Of a stretch of 64,000 bases of DNA, positions 49,396 to 63,890 are shown piece after piece (positions within the stretch are counted from its first letter, which is position 1; each line of letters begins with the position of its first letter). The stretch spans positions 158,536,852 to 158,600,851 of the forward strand of contig NC_133620.1 of the NCBI RefSeq assembly GCF_048593235.1, in the 5' to 3' direction. The translations under genes and the position numbers were made by a program. The notes below the pieces were generated by a model, which was not told where the DNA came from, did no database searches, and saw only the letters and a program-made list of their open reading frames with translations. This DNA is from Sminthopsis crassicaudata (lineage: Eukaryota).

Positions 49396-49851
49396 AACTA
49401 CAAGACTTTCAGTTGCAGAGAAGGAACAGACCTACTATTGGTAGAGAAACTTCCCTTATATTAATGAAATAAGAGGTCTTATTCTGACCTCAACTTATAT
49501 CACGGTGTCCTGGAAAGTGTACATGGTTTCCTTGGTGTCATGGGATCTGAATTAAAAGCACAACTTCTGCCACTTATTATCTGTAACCTTGAGCAAGTTA
49601 CAATCTTTCAGGTTGTTTTTTTGTTTGTTTTGGTTTTTTTGCAATCCTTCAGTTTTTTATTCTGTAAAATGAGGGAGTTCAGCTACATTACTTCCAGCAC
49701 TAATTCCATCCATGGTCTCCTGATATGCCGATGTAAAAGAAAATCTCATTTTTGTATTTTAAGTGTTTATTATTTTTATAAATTAAATTTTAATTTCTTT
49801 AGCGTGAGGAGCAAAACCAATATTCTTTATCATTAAGAATTCAATAAATAT

Positions 49852-50075
49852 GGTGGCTATGTAGTGCAGTGGAACTTGGAATCAGGAACACTCACCTTTC
49901 TGAGTTCAAATCTGACCTCAGGCACTTATTGTGTGATTCTGGGCAAGTCACTGAACTCTGCCTCAGTTTCCTCATCTGCAAACTGTGCTGGAGAAAGAAA
50001 TGGCAAAACATTCCACTGTCTTTGCCAAGAAAATCCCAAATGGGGTCATGAAAAGTCAGATAAACTTGAAAAAAA
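49852..50075 (+). mobile_element. MAR1-type SINE (CORE body with RTE-derived tail)
   Basis: gagttcaaatc B box, gggcaagtcact core, tail ctggagaaagaaatggcaaa...tttgccaagaaaatcccaaatggggtcatga. Confidence 0.85.
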
Positions 50076-51663
50076 TGTTCATTTCAAAATTCCTAGGCAC
50101 ACACCCCTAATGTTATGCATACTTATGCCTAGAACTATGTTCTTATGATCTTCATCCATATGGGAAACTCCCTGATTGGAATTTCACTCCACCAATGCAC
50201 ATCAGTGACTATAATTTATAATATCAATGTTTCTTGGGCAAGGAAGAGTTAAGTGCCTTGCCGAATTTCACCGTCAGGAGGTCAATTGTGACACCCAATT
50301 CAAATATCTCTAACTCCACAGTTGGCACTACAGACTATTCTTTGATGTAAATATTTTGTTTTGTTTTGTTTTTCTGCTTCATCTCTTACTCTTTAGAATC
50401 AATTGGAGTTGTGATTCTTTCATCTTTTTTCTTTTTCTTTTTTCCTTTTGGGGAAATTATACTTAGTTTAAGGTGTGGTGATGGTGATCAAAGTAACAAT
50501 GCTAAAAGCTAGCAATTAATATTTTTCTCTAGGACCTGATCAAATGTCTGTGGGTGACCTCACTGGCCGACTGGATGAACAAGTTTGTAAAGCCAGATTT
50601 CATAACAAACCTGATTGATACAAAGCAGAAAAAGTAGCCCTTGTGTTTACTCTCTTCATATCTTGACATTTGTAAAAATGTGACTTTAGGCCTTAATACA
50701 AAAAGAAGCAGAATGTTTAGTCATTGGGTGGGGAAAAGAAAGGAGCAGATAAGAAAGTATGAGGACTTTGGCTCTCTCAGTCTTTTTTTGGGGGGGTACT
50801 TGCACAAAGCAGCCAAGTGAAGGTAGGGATAAATTCAGTCTCCTCTCCAGGATATGGCCACAAGTAGAGATCTGAAAGAGGAAGGGACAGGTCTTGAGGC
50901 TTAGAAAAGAGACAGTATTGTCAAAAGCTATATTTGTTTACTAAACCATATTCTCTAGGAATTCTTTGGTTTGGGTACCATCTTAATGATCTAAATCTGT
51001 ACTATAGTGTATTGAGAAACACTGGATGAAATTTGTATTCTTACCTTGACCTGTAATTACCTTGAATCTCCAGTTCATTCCCCAAATTAAAATGGCCCCC
51101 TGAGACACAGAAATAGCAGCTTACTGTTTCAAAAATTCACTATTGAGGAGTTTAATACAGTGATGAATAGAACATTGGAATGGTTGTGAGAAAGTCTAAC
51201 CTGAGACACTTATAAACTATATAATGCAGAGAAAGTCTTTTAACTTCTAACCTCAGTTTCTTTATCTGTAAAATGAAGATAATACTTGAACCACCTGCCT
51301 CAAAGGATTATTATGAGCCTTAAAGTACCAAATGAATATAAATTATTGTGCTTAAGTTAATAGCTAGCCTACATATTTTCTCCTTTTCCCATTTCTCTAC
51401 CCGGATAATATAGTTCTAAATAGACAAAGAGTTTCCTGGAAACAGTCTCAATGCTATTAGTACACAGAGATAAATTTTACTTTATTTAATGTCTTCAGGG
51501 GAAGCAGTTTGGTAGAATGGAAAGTACATTGTCTTTGAGTTAGAGGACCTATGATCTAGATCCACCTCTGAGATTTACTGACTGCTCTGTTACTTGGGAC
51601 AAAACACTTAGCTTTGCTGTGCCTTGTCCTCATTTATAAAAACGAGTGTATTGGAATAAAATC

Positions 51664-51847
51664 CCAGCTTCTTAAATTGGTTTTGTGACCCCATATAGAC
51701 TTGCATAACTGAATGTGGGGATCACAAAATTGTTATTTTTTTAAATCAATAAATGTTTGATTTGTATAGCTATTTTATATATCTGCATAGCCAGTATTAT
51801 GTAACAAATTCTTGGGTGAAAAGGGGTCATGAAGTTTAAGAAGCTCT
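51664..51847. mobile_element. hAT MITE
   Basis: TIR core agcttcttaaa (51666-51676) and tttaagaagct (51835-51845); internal gaccccat and ggggtcat. Confidence 0.7.
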
Positions 51848-52739
51848 AGACTAGATGTCCTTCCAGGTCCTTTACCTCTACATCTATGATCTTTATTATT
51901 GAATATAACAATAGTTCATATTTATGTAGGGTTAAAAGTTTGAAAAAACACTATAAATCTTGTCTTATTTGGCCCTTACTTCATCCTGTTAAGACAGTTC
52001 CTATTATTCTCACTTTTCAGATGGGGAAATTGAGGCTCAGAGGGGTCAAATGATTGGTCAAGGGTTACACAACTAATAAATATCTAAAGCAAAACTTTTA
52101 AATCTAGGTTTGCCTGACTCAAAGTGGAGCACTTTATTCAGTATATTAAAGAGTAAAATAAAGAATGCAGTCTTTATTTTTCAATTAAAAAAAAAAAGTA
52201 TTTTAGCCCATTTTTTTTTCTCTTAAAAATATCTTTTAAATAATCCAGGCAAGAGGTGATAAATGTTCCCCAGAGTAATGGCAGGGTCACAGGAGGGAAG
52301 AAAGTATATATATTTTAAAAACTCTTTTTTTTCTTTAGCAACTATAGCTGTCAGTTCAAGTGGCATTACAATATTGAGAAAGTAATTTTACTATACTGCA
52401 GAGGCAGAAAAGTGTGGAAGAAAGGACCTGAGGTAGATTATAGTGATACTTATTCTATACCTATAATGCCCATAGAACCTGTTAAAAAGCTATAAAATGC
52501 CTGCTAAATGATCTTTTAAGTTTTTCAAAACTTTCTTAAACAAATAAAAGCTGAAGTAAAATGTTAACATGTTTTTATAGGGTAATAAGTTTTCCAAAGT
52601 ATTTTTATATATTCTCTTAATTACCATAATTCTGAGAGGTAGTTACTATCATTATTATCACCTTAATTTCACAAATGAGAGGAAACAGAGAGGACGAAGT
52701 GAGATAAAATTTGTAAAGCACTTAGCATAGTATTTTGAT

Positions 52740-53430
52740 ACATAGAAATTAATCAATAAACATTTATTAAGCACTACTTTATGCCAGCTGCTATGATACA
52801 AAAGAAAGTCGAAAAGACAGCCCCTGTCTTCAACATTTCTTCTAATGGGAGNNNNNNNNNNNNNNNNNNNNNNNNNNNNNNNNNNNNNNNNNNNNNNNNN
52901 NNNNNNNNNNNNNNNNNNNNNNNNNNNNNNNNNNNNNNNNNNNNNNNNNNNNNNNNNNNNNNNNNNNNNNNNNNNNNNNNNNNNNNNNNNNNNNNNNNNN
53001 NNNNNNNNNNNGCCAAACAGAATTTTGTATTTGATCCTGGAAGCCAGTCAAATTTGTTGAGTAGGAAGAAAGTTAACACACATGGTCAGACTTGCACACT
53101 AGGACAATTTTAATTAAGAGCTGAGTTTACCAAGTAGGACAGGGACATGATCATACCAGAGCTTTAAGAAAATCTTTAGTGACTGAATGGAGGACAAATT
53201 GGAGTAGAAGAGAGACTTAAGAAAGATGATCCCACCTATAGGTTATTATTATAATATAAGCATGAAGTGATAAGGTGATAAGGTGGTTAGGTAGTAGCAG
53301 TGTTCTAAGAGAGAAGGGGGACATATTTGAGAGATGTTGTAAAATTGAAATTGACAATAGGTTGAAGATGAAGGATGAGAGAGAGTAAGGAATCAGGTGA
53401 GGATTTTAAGATAGGAACATGATAGGATAG
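52740..53430 (-). mobile_element. LINE-2 remnant spanning a gap
   Basis: Reverse L2 3' end (caataaacatttattaagcact) left of the gap and L2-like purine-rich sequence to its right. Confidence 0.65.
52852..53011. other. Assembly gap (160 N)
   Basis: N run seen directly. Confidence 0.99.
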
Positions 53431-54509
53431 AGTGGCCTTTACAATACAGATTCTGATTTTTTCCACTGCAATTTCAATATATTGTAGTTCAGAAATTAAA
53501 TGGAATTTGGGGTAAGTTTTGCAAAAGTCACAAATAATACATAAAGGTCAGTAAACAACACAGAAAAAGTTTAGAAACTCAGAAATGCATAGAATTTATG
53601 TATAATATTGTATAACATCAATACCCTATCAAAGAAAAAGAAAAAAAGATCCAGACTTCTCTGATATGAAAGGGAGGATCAAATTTTTTTTTTACATGGA
53701 TTTTCCAGATTGTGGTGATACTATGCCTCTAATCCTAGTGATATGGAAGGGATTATTGTAATAGGGAAGATAAGATGTGAGTCAGGGTTTAGGGAGAAAG
53801 AAAATTATTTCTGTTTTAGATGTAATGAATATGGGCCCAGCACTCTGGTGATCTACTTAGCTGCTTCTTTTTGAACTCTTCCAAAAATTATTTTGTTTTG
53901 TGCATAAATAGGAGAGGGGTAGACTGCTTTTTAAAAAATTTCTTTGCAGTTAATCATTAATGTGGATTATTTTTTTGTTTTTGATTGCAACTATCTGAAA
54001 CCTGTGATCTAGGTATGAAACATCCCATAAAAACCACCTATAAAAGGGATACCAATGAAAGTTAGATCAGACCCCATATGTATATGGTTTGGGAATTTAT
54101 TTTTAGAAGTAACTATGAAACACCTCGAGATTGTGTATGCCAGAGGAAAATGTTACAAGAAAAGTTCGTTTTATTAGGAAATAATGTTGGAAACAACTTT
54201 TAAAACAATTAACACTACTATTATAAAGGATAAATTATGACAATAATGAACATTATTTTAAAAAAATCATGCTTATGAGACCATAGATAGATATAAAAGT
54301 TAATCTAGATAATGTAGTGTTAAAAGGCTAGATGCTTTTAAAGTGGAAATGTTGTCATAGCTAGATAACATATCCTGTGAATAGCTAGATAACATATCTT
54401 GTGAAGTAGAATTGATCTCAATGCTTAACATGTCATGAAGAAAAAAATTTAAATATTTAATTGAAAGCCATTTCCTAAATATTTGGTGGTAGCAATGATA
54501 TTTTTTCTT

Positions 54510-54870
54510 TTTTTATCTTTTTGAAGTTAATATTTTATTTTTCCACAGTCACTTGTCATTTTTCACAGTCATTTGTTTTTAAAATTTGAATTCCAGATTC
54601 TCTCCCTCCCCTCCCATTGAGAAGGCACATGTGAAGTTATGCAAAGCATTTCCATAAGAGTCACGTTGCAAAAGAAAACATATCTCCATCTCCTCCCCAA
54701 AATTAGTTAGGAAAAATAAAGTTAGAAAAAGTATGCTTCAATCTGTATTTAGACGTTCTTTTTGTGGATATGAATAGCGTTTTTCATCATAAGTCCTTTA
54801 AAGTAGTCTTAGACCATTGTATTGCTGAGAATAGCAAAGTCATTCACAGCTGATCATTCCATATTGACAA
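54510..54870 (-). mobile_element. LINE-1 3'UTR fragment
   Basis: ccattgtattgctgagaatagcaaagtcattcacagctgatcat, reverse of the motif seen at 81-660. Confidence 0.75.
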
Positions 54871-55630
54871 AGATATTTTCAGAGTCTTTATTTTTACTAT
54901 TTGAGTCATGGAGTTACTACTCTATTTATTTTTTTTAACTACCTTTGAACTGAAGAATTAGACAAAGTTGGAATCTACTGCTATTCAGAAAGAAAAATCT
55001 CTAGTATTTCAGTGTTCATGTTTATATTTGGATTTATTTTTGGATTCTAAGTTGCTTTTTTCTTGTATTTGCTAGTGTATCAATGAGATCTTGACTTTCT
55101 TTGGGAGTCTTACATAAATGGGTGTGTCAAAGCATTTTCAGACTCAAGTAAATTTCTTAGGTTCTCCGGTGGGAATTAGAAAAGGAAAGAAGTGAGAATA
55201 TCAAGGGAAATATAAAAAGGAAAGAGATGATATTACCAGAGGATTTGGTCCAGTGCTATGGGCCATTGTTAGTAGTGATATATAAGATAGGATGAATCGA
55301 ATTTAGATGAAATTAGATGAAATACAAAATTCATACTAATTACTACTTAGTGAATCTTGATAGTGATTACATTAGAAAAAAATCTACAAATGATATTAGT
55401 GGTATGTCTATTTTTATTATAAAAATTGTAGTTGATTGAAAAATTATTTAATCATTCTTATAATGATACTTAAATAGTATAAATTTATACTTAAAAGTAT
55501 AAATGATGTAGTTCAGAGTATGCTGAGGCTACTTGATTGAGCAACACTAAGATAATGAAGTATTTTTGAAAAATAAATTTGGACATTTGGAATACAGTTT
55601 TAAATTATGCATTTTAATTGTGGGACTATT

Positions 55631-55631
55631 G

Positions 55632-55689
<58 letters not shown>
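55631..55689. repeat. (AT)n microsatellite with G interruptions
   Basis: Seen directly. Confidence 0.9.
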
Positions 55690-55690
<1 letters not shown>

Positions 55691-56249
55691 TTTAATTTTA
55701 ATCAATGATATTTTAATTTAAAAGAATGCTTTGAATTTTATACTAAAGTTTCAAAATAAAATTGTCTTTTTATTTTTCCATACTGCTCTCTCTCACAAAA
55801 TTTCAGATTCAGAAGCAATGTCAGCAGCCATTTGGTCCAAATCATATCTTCCAAAGAATTATGACTAAAATATTCTTCAAAAGTTGTCATCCAGCATTCA
55901 CTTGATGGCCTGGGTTTTAATGATGACATTGTTAAATTTGTCTCTTGAAACTTGCATACATCTATTCACCCCTAGTTCTGTTCTTCAGGTCAAACAATCC
56001 CTCTAGTACATGGCAGCATTTCAAGACAGCTGTCTATTCCCTTTCTCCCACCTTACCTCCCTACCTTATCTTATCTAGGCTAAACATCCTTATTTCATTC
56101 ATCCTAAATATTTTACTCTCCCAGTGCTTCCATTTTCTAGCTGTTGCTGAAATCTGGCTCTTCCCTAATGATACAAGCTCCCTAGCCACTTTTGCCAACA
56201 TTGGCTGCACCATCACCTATTCCCCTCAGCTTACTGATTGAGGTACTGA

Positions 56250-56860
56250 GGAATTGAATTACTCCTTGCTCCCCATTTTCATTTCTGGGTTCCCCCTTTA
56301 CCTCCTAAACTCAGTAACCTCCCACATCTATACATATAGTCTTAACCTTTCCTGAGCTCTAGTCTCCTATCACCAATGGCCTATTGGACTTTTAGAGTAA
56401 CTATCCCATATATATCTTAAACTCAATTTATCCAAAATAGAGTTCAGTATCTCTTACCCCTCTTCCTAATTTGTAGATTTACAACCTTGGAAACATTTTT
56501 GACTCTTTTTTTCCCATTCCCTACTACATATCCCATCAATGTCTAATTAATTTAATTATCACAATTACCATATCACATAACCATTCCTTTCTCCACGCAC
56601 AAGTTTAAGTCCTCATCATCTCATCATCTTTTTCTTGGACTAGGAATATTCGCATATTTTTCTCCAGCCCTCAAGTCTCTCCCTCCTTTAATGCATATTT
56701 CACACAATTGCCAAAGTGATCATTCTTAAAGCACAGCTTTGATCACATCATTCTCTTGTTCAATAAAGTCCAGTGGCTTTTAACTACCTTCAGTAATTGA
56801 GTAACATTTTGGCATTTAAAAGCTTCCTTCCCTCTCTGAAATACACTGTCTCCAATGTTA
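56250..56860 (+). mobile_element. LINE-2 remnant
   Basis: cttaaactcaatttatccaaaatagag (LKLNLSKIE) and ttcttaaagcacagctttgatcac L2 motifs. Confidence 0.75.
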
Positions 56861-57630
56861 CTTTTCGATCTTTATTATACTTAGTCTTTCACCCCCTCCC
56901 TCTCCCCTTCCTCTTCTTCCTTCTTTTCTCTCTTACTCTCCCCCTTTCCCACCCCTCCTTCTCTCTCTCTCTCTCCCTTTCCCTCCTTCTACAATCTGGG
57001 GCTGTGACTTTATAGCACTAAAGAGAAAATAGGACACTGGAGTACAAGGATGTTTATTGATACAAAGCTGTCATGTCCTTGAGTCTATTAGTATAGGCTC
57101 ACTGCCAGCAGTATGGTAGATGGGGGAGAGATGCTGAGTGAGATCAGGATCAGTGAACTTCAGTTCCCAGGTTTTTTTTAAACCTTCTTTTGGATTCTGG
57201 GTGTTGTAGATCATGTAAACAAGTGCAATTATTTTATCTTTGGCACATAATTTCAGTTTTAAAGATGTTTGAGAAGAAAATGTCTTGTCTATTGTTTTAT
57301 GCTCATGTGAAGCCAGAAGTATCCTACTCTATTTTACATATACTTATATATATAAATGTGTATTTCTCCTATAGAATATTAGCTCCATAACAGCAGATAT
57401 TTCTATTTTTGTATTTGCAGCTCCAGAATCTATTATAGGGATTATTCTTAGGCAATTTTTTCTTTCCCCCCATCCCTTATAGTTTACAGTTCATTTTGTT
57501 AGATTTTCAAGATGCTAGTCAAATGTGCTCTTCCTGGGTTTTATTTGGTGAACTCTACCTCTGGCCAGGGGCCTTTCATGCTTATGTTATTCTGAAATCC
57601 ATAACCTGAATCTGAAATCTACTGAAATTA

Positions 57631-57633
57631 ATG

Positions 57634-57671
<38 letters not shown>
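57631..57671. repeat. (AT)n microsatellite
   Basis: Seen directly. Confidence 0.9.
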
Positions 57672-59259
57672 AATTTTAGTGGATAGCCATGACAAAAATG
57701 TTACCTGTATCCATGGACAGCAGCGCAATTTCCTAAGATTTTTAACTTTTCAACAATACCTTTGAGCAATATCATTTGTACCTATATGAATTACCAGAAA
57801 TCAGTAATAGGCATCCAATTTGATGACTTAGGAGATTGTTCTATTATGTGATACATATAGAGCTCTTTATTTTTGTATTCAATTTGACTGATGATAGCTG
57901 ATTCTTTCTTTGACCTTTGATGTATATTCTCCCATTTAAAAGCACCTGCCAATCCATGTTACCATTCCCTGGAGGATCAGCAGCTGCTTCCTCTCAAAGC
58001 ATTCAGCTTCCCCCTCTTCATAAAAATTTTCAAATTTCTTTCTAAGCTTCAAGAATTTATTATGTTTTCTTCCTTCTTTCCTTGATATGATGGTCTTCTA
58101 CCTTTCAAACTCTTAATTCAAATCATGATTCCTCTTTCATTCTTTAGATTTCTTGTCTAACTTTTACACTGAAGAACTTCATTGTGTGGGGGGGTTAGGA
58201 GGATACTGCATTGTCTCTGACAGTCTGAAGTATGGAAAGCTATCTCTTTGATATCTTCAACCTTCCTATCCAAGAAAGCAAACTGTATTTTATATATAAA
58301 TAGCAGGCATTTGTATTCATGGCAGAGATATAAACTCTGATCTCTGCTTTGACTATTCAAACTCATGAGAAGGGAACATGGCTGCAACAGACTAAAGATG
58401 CTTTTATTCTGATATTTTCAAAATTTTTCAAAATGGAGTGCATTAACTCCGTCTTCCCCTTGGAGATGGTAGAGATTTACTTCTAAATTATTCCATATCA
58501 TTAAAATGTCCTCAATTTCTATTTGTGACAAAATCATCACTAGTCATATTTTCTATGTGATACAGATTTATTATTATTTATGGATAGGAGAATAGAATTG
58601 GAGAAGGTCAATGAATGGCTTGTGGTTCACAAAACTAAATTGGGCAGAGATTTGAACCTCATCTGTTTAAAATATCTAGAGGTGTTTCATTTATTTGTTT
58701 AAATCCTAGCTTGGGAACTGAGCTATGATAGAGAATTCTATGAACTTAATTAGAGTAGCTTTTGATAAATCTTCTAAAAGCAGAATTTCAACTAGATCTG
58801 AAGTTTGTCTTCTGTTTCTGAAGCTAAAATTAAACAGTAACTAAGGTAGTGGAGAGAGGGATAAATATGTGTGAACCACAATCACTTTCTCCCAATTATT
58901 TTTTTCTCCTTGAGTATACTCAGTGAAGCATCCACTGGAAGAAGAATCCTATAGTTTGAAAGGAGTGGTTTGGTGTGTCAAATTCCAAAAGTAGTGGCTA
59001 CGGGAGAAAGTACCTTTTCTTTTCACTTGTCACTTTAAACCTCCAAATCTTGCCAGGTATTGCCACCTACTGGTAATTTTTTTAAAAAGGTTAGCCTAAA
59101 ACAATAATTTGTATAACATTCTACTATTCCAATGACAGGAGCCATTAGTGCAGTGTTCAGGTTGGTTCTATTGTGCTGTTTTAGACATTCTGTATATTGT
59201 TTAACCAGTGGAGAACTACTTTGTTTCAAAACTATGCTATTAAAAGAAGGGCTGCTTTG

Positions 59260-59550
59260 AATATATGTGTGTATGTATATACATATATTTTATATATGGG
59301 TGCATATATAAATATATATTAAAGTATGTATATGTGTGAAGGACAAACAACAATAATGTATATTTTCTCATATATGTGTAAAAATACATAATTTCCATAT
59401 TGTATAAAACATACATATTTTATATATATATACATATATATAAATATATATATATAATGTGTGTGTATATAAAGGAGTATAATATTTTTACATACATGCA
59501 AACTTGTATTTTGGGGGGTACACACATAGACACATAGACACAGACACATC
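59260..59550. repeat. AT/TG/CA low-complexity tract
   Basis: Seen directly. Confidence 0.8.
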
Positions 59551-60397
59551 ATAAACATATAACCCTAATTTCTTTCTGTATTTAGCAATATGCAGTTTGT
59601 GTCTACAAATGGGTTATCTAGTTGAAAGAATATATATTGTCTCTTCCCCCCCAAAAAATTTCCAAATTGTGTTTCAGAATGATTAGATTAATTCCCAGAT
59701 CTAACAAAAAAATCATATCTTTTTATTAGCACTGTACTTTTATTTACTTCTTACTCTTTATTATTTCTCTCAGTGAGTTGAAAACTACATCCAACTTCCT
59801 TTCTCTTCTATCATTAAATTAATATCTTATCCCATGCACTTGTTTTACCTTACTTTTCTTCCTTACATTGCTTTACTGATGACCTTAGCTTACTCAGATC
59901 CTTTTCTTTAATCCTTTTCCTCCTTAAGTTTAAGATTTCTTTCTCCCTCATAAGCTTAATTAAGTTTTTGTTTTTCTTCAATTTCTTCTAACTTCTCTAA
60001 ATTTCTCTTCACAAATCTAGATTCTAGGTTGTTATTTTTTTAAAACAAATCCAAAGAAACCCCTTTCACAATTTTCTTCTCTGCTTTATTTACTTAAGTC
60101 AGTCGTTTTCTCTATCCCCTTCTGCCTTTCACCCTCTTAAACTCAAAGCAGTATAAACCAAAGTCTTGGTCTCCTATATTTTCCTTCTTTCCTAAGAACA
60201 ACAGTGTAGTGGGTGGAAAAGAGTGAACTAAAGAGAAAAGAGAGATCCAGGGTTTACATGAAACCTGATTCTGTTCCTAACTAGATGTGCAATGTAGCCA
60301 ATCAATTAACTTCTATTGACCTGAGTTTTGGTATGGGTTTGTGTGTATATGTGTGTTTATATTTGTGTGACATGGTTTAACAGAGCATTTCGTTCTA

Positions 60398-60605
60398 TTG
60401 TTATTCAGTCCCTTCAGTGTGTCTGACTCTTCATGACCTGATAAAGAGTTTTCTTGGTAAAGATACTAGTTGTTCACCATTTCTTTTTCCAGTTCATTTT
60501 ACAGATGAAGAACTGAGATAATTGTCTGAGGTCAGATATGAACTCAAGGAGATGTGTCTTCCCAACTTCTGGTTCTGCACTCTAAACACTACATCACTTA
60601 GTTGT
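60398..60605 (-). mobile_element. MAR1-type SINE
   Basis: ttgttattcagtc...gactcttcatgacc...ttttcttggtaaagatact...cattttacagatgaagaactgag. Confidence 0.8.
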
Positions 60606-63600
60606 CCCTCCTTCCATGTGATTGACTCTATTTTAGGTGGATTGGGCATGTGCCCAATGCCTATTGAACTTGCCTGTATAATAAAGAGTTTTAAGAGATC
60701 TTCCCTAAAATTTTTCCAAATCTATTATTCCTCTGTTGCTTATTATTAATTATTATTTTTTTATATTAGCACTTGTGCTATTTTAGTAGGAGTGCCTTTA
60801 GCTTTCAGATTCACACAAATAGCTTCCAATTGGGGTTTGCTTAAAGTTAAAAAAAATATATATATATAACAAGATACATTTACCACAGAAACAGTGCTGT
60901 ATCATTATAATTTCATTTGAAGTATAACTTATAAAATATATTTAATTTGTAATGAAGCTGAAATAATGTACACTTGAAATAAAAAGTACAAAACAGTACT
61001 TTTTGCAATGCTCTTAATGAAAGAAAAATAATAACATTGAATGAAAACAAGTTTTTAAATTATCTTGAATGCTGAGTTAAACCAGGTTTAATTAGAAAAG
61101 AAAAGGGTTAGGAAGAACTGGATTTTTCCAAGAGCCTTAAAAACTGCTGTGCTAATTCTTTATTAAATCTAATGTAATTTAAATATATATTTTTCTCAAT
61201 TTCTGGGAAGATGACTGAATGATAAGGTATAACGAGGGAGTCTGACTTATGATACTCATTACCAAGAATGAAAACAGTAAAAAAAATCAATGGTTAAAAA
61301 TTTTAAATTTAATTTATTTTAAAAATACAGTGAACAAACCCATAATGAGTTCTAATGCAATTTGTAAAAATTTTGGAGCAAAATAAGTTAGGAGAAATAC
61401 ATCATTAAAAAGGTAAAGTAAATTATCATCACAAGTAACATCAGTGACAATGTAAGTAAGAAAGCCTGAAAATATGGCAAAATATATGGCACATATTCAA
61501 ATAATTTAAGGGAATTTTAAAATTATTCAACAAAAATAAGGAGAATTAAAACGAACATTTTAGTTCTGAAAGCAACTAAAATAATCTGAGATGAACTATT
61601 CAAAATGGAAATGATGAGAAAAATTTAAAATATCAATATAAATGACTAAGAGAAGAAATGCAGGTAAAGTAGTTGAATGGAAAAATAAATTCTTGTAATA
61701 TGGATTCTCTTCATTCCTTTTAGAAAGCAATTCAGCTGGAATAAGCTTGATATACAATGAAGATGAAATGGATGGATTTAGGGAATAATTCAAAAAGAAC
61801 TGACAGATTTGCTAGAATTATTAAGAGAGGGGAAATTTTTATTATGTTCAAAGCCATCACTGATAAAATTATATCAATTTTGAAAATATATGGACTAAAT
61901 GTCCATATATTTATGTCCAGGATAATTTATAAATTTCACTATCTTTCCCAAATTAAATATATATACATATATATATATGGAGAGAGAGAAAGAGTAAAAC
62001 ATTTCAACATCTGTTATCACAAGATGATAAATAAAAGATATGTAGTTAGAATATGGAGTATTGAACTTAATGGCTATATTCAGGCAACAACTTTGAAAAA
62101 GCAAAAAATGTATATATTTTTTTTAAGTACAGGGATTTTCCAGCATAGAAACATCTTTCACTAATGCAGATTCCAACTGAGCTACAATTTATAGTTTTAG
62201 AGATTGGCCTGGGGCACTGAAAGTTTAAGTAACTTGCCCAAGTAGTATCTATCTGTTGAAGATAGAATTTGAACGCAAATCTTCTTGATAAGAAAACATA
62301 AATATATTAATATATGCATAAATATAACACATACTTATCTGTGTTAACAGTTTCTATATTTGCAATCACAAATATATAATGTTTTATATTTATGATACTT
62401 ATGTATCATATTATTATTATTATCTATTTGTAGCATATGAATAAAATTGGAGACTGGCCACAGAGCCCAGTCATTATGAACAAGAGCAGGGTGCCAGGAA
62501 TGTAATTATCCACATGGTAGCAGGTTGAGGAACCTGCTTCTGCAAAGTCTTGATGATATGGAATGAAAATGCACGTACAGCACGAAGTAAGTGGCTCTTG
62601 CCTGCTAACCATGTAATGAATAGGAGCTTCCTTGACTGTAATTATGTAGTCAGAAGTGGGGCTCCTTCAAAAGAATCAAAAAAAGAACTTTATGGAGAGT
62701 GACTTTAGCCTATGAATATAGCCTCCATTCTTTCTCCTCCATTCTTTCTCTTGATATTTGCTTTGTTTTACATGAAGCAGATTGGAGATGATTATACTTT
62801 GTAAACCTTGAGAGGCCAGGCAAAAGATTTACCTGAAGTCTGGGAGTATAACACAGTCCAGGTTTTGCAGAAAGTCCAGTTATCAATACCCTGAGGAAGT
62901 GTTTAGGCCTAGGTCAGTGCCTTCAGGGCCCAAGCTAGCAGTAGCTAAGACAGGTGCTTATTCCCCAGAAGAATTGCATTCACATGTGAATGCATGGAAA
63001 TGCTATCTGGAAATTGTATTATGTCTGAATCTATTCTCCCTAGAGACTGGTATAGAGGAGTGTTGCATAGTGTGGAAATGTTTTCTTCTCCTAGTTTTAT
63101 CTTCTGAGCATGTATCCCTCTGTAAAAAATAATTGATGTTAATTGGTTTATTGGAGCTTGTGTGTTAATGACTTGGAAGTTAACTGTGAAGGGACCAGAT
63201 AGAAGTAGGAAAATAATACCATAGCATTAGAGAAGAAATCCCCTCAGGGATACTTCTAGAACTCTGAAAAGACAGTGTATCCCAGAGAATCCAGAAGAGA
63301 TACAATTTTATATGTATAGTATAATGTACACACACACAGTTTACCAAGTAGGTTCCCTGAGTCTGAAATACCTTTTTTCTCCATAGCTACCTCTATGAAT
63401 TCTTATCTTCCTTCAAAGGTCAGCTCAAGTTTATTTTATATTATTACGGTGCTGTATGTTCCCATGTTCCTACCAACAAATGGGAACCTTTGGCTCAAAG
63501 GATATACATATATGGACTTCAGCTTAACATCCTATATCCCACAACATAAGTATATAGAGATAAAATCTATGCTTATACAATATTGGAATTGCAAAAATTT

Positions 63601-63649
63601 CACTTTTCTTTCAACATATTGTCAGTACCTTGAAAGATTACATGTTGAA

Positions 63650-63890
63650 TAGATAATAATAACAACTGATATTTACTTAGGGCTTTAAGTTTTATATACA
63701 TTATCTCATTTTATATTTACAACCGTCCTGTGAGATGAATATTATTAGCCCATTTTATAGAAGTAGAAACTGAGACTAAGAGGAATTGAACAATTTGGTC
63801 ATTGAGACAGAGCTAGTGAGAATCTACTGAATCCAAGTTTGTTCTAAGTTCATGCCCATCACTATTTACACTATGTCATACTACGTCTCT
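63650..63890 (-). mobile_element. MIR SINE
   Basis: cccattttatagaagtagaaactgagact, the reverse MIR core. Confidence 0.65.

Noticed and set aside
61757-62164. 135-aa AT-rich ORF, considered as a transposase relic
   Set aside because: No recognisable catalytic motif, and it runs through an (AT)n tract.
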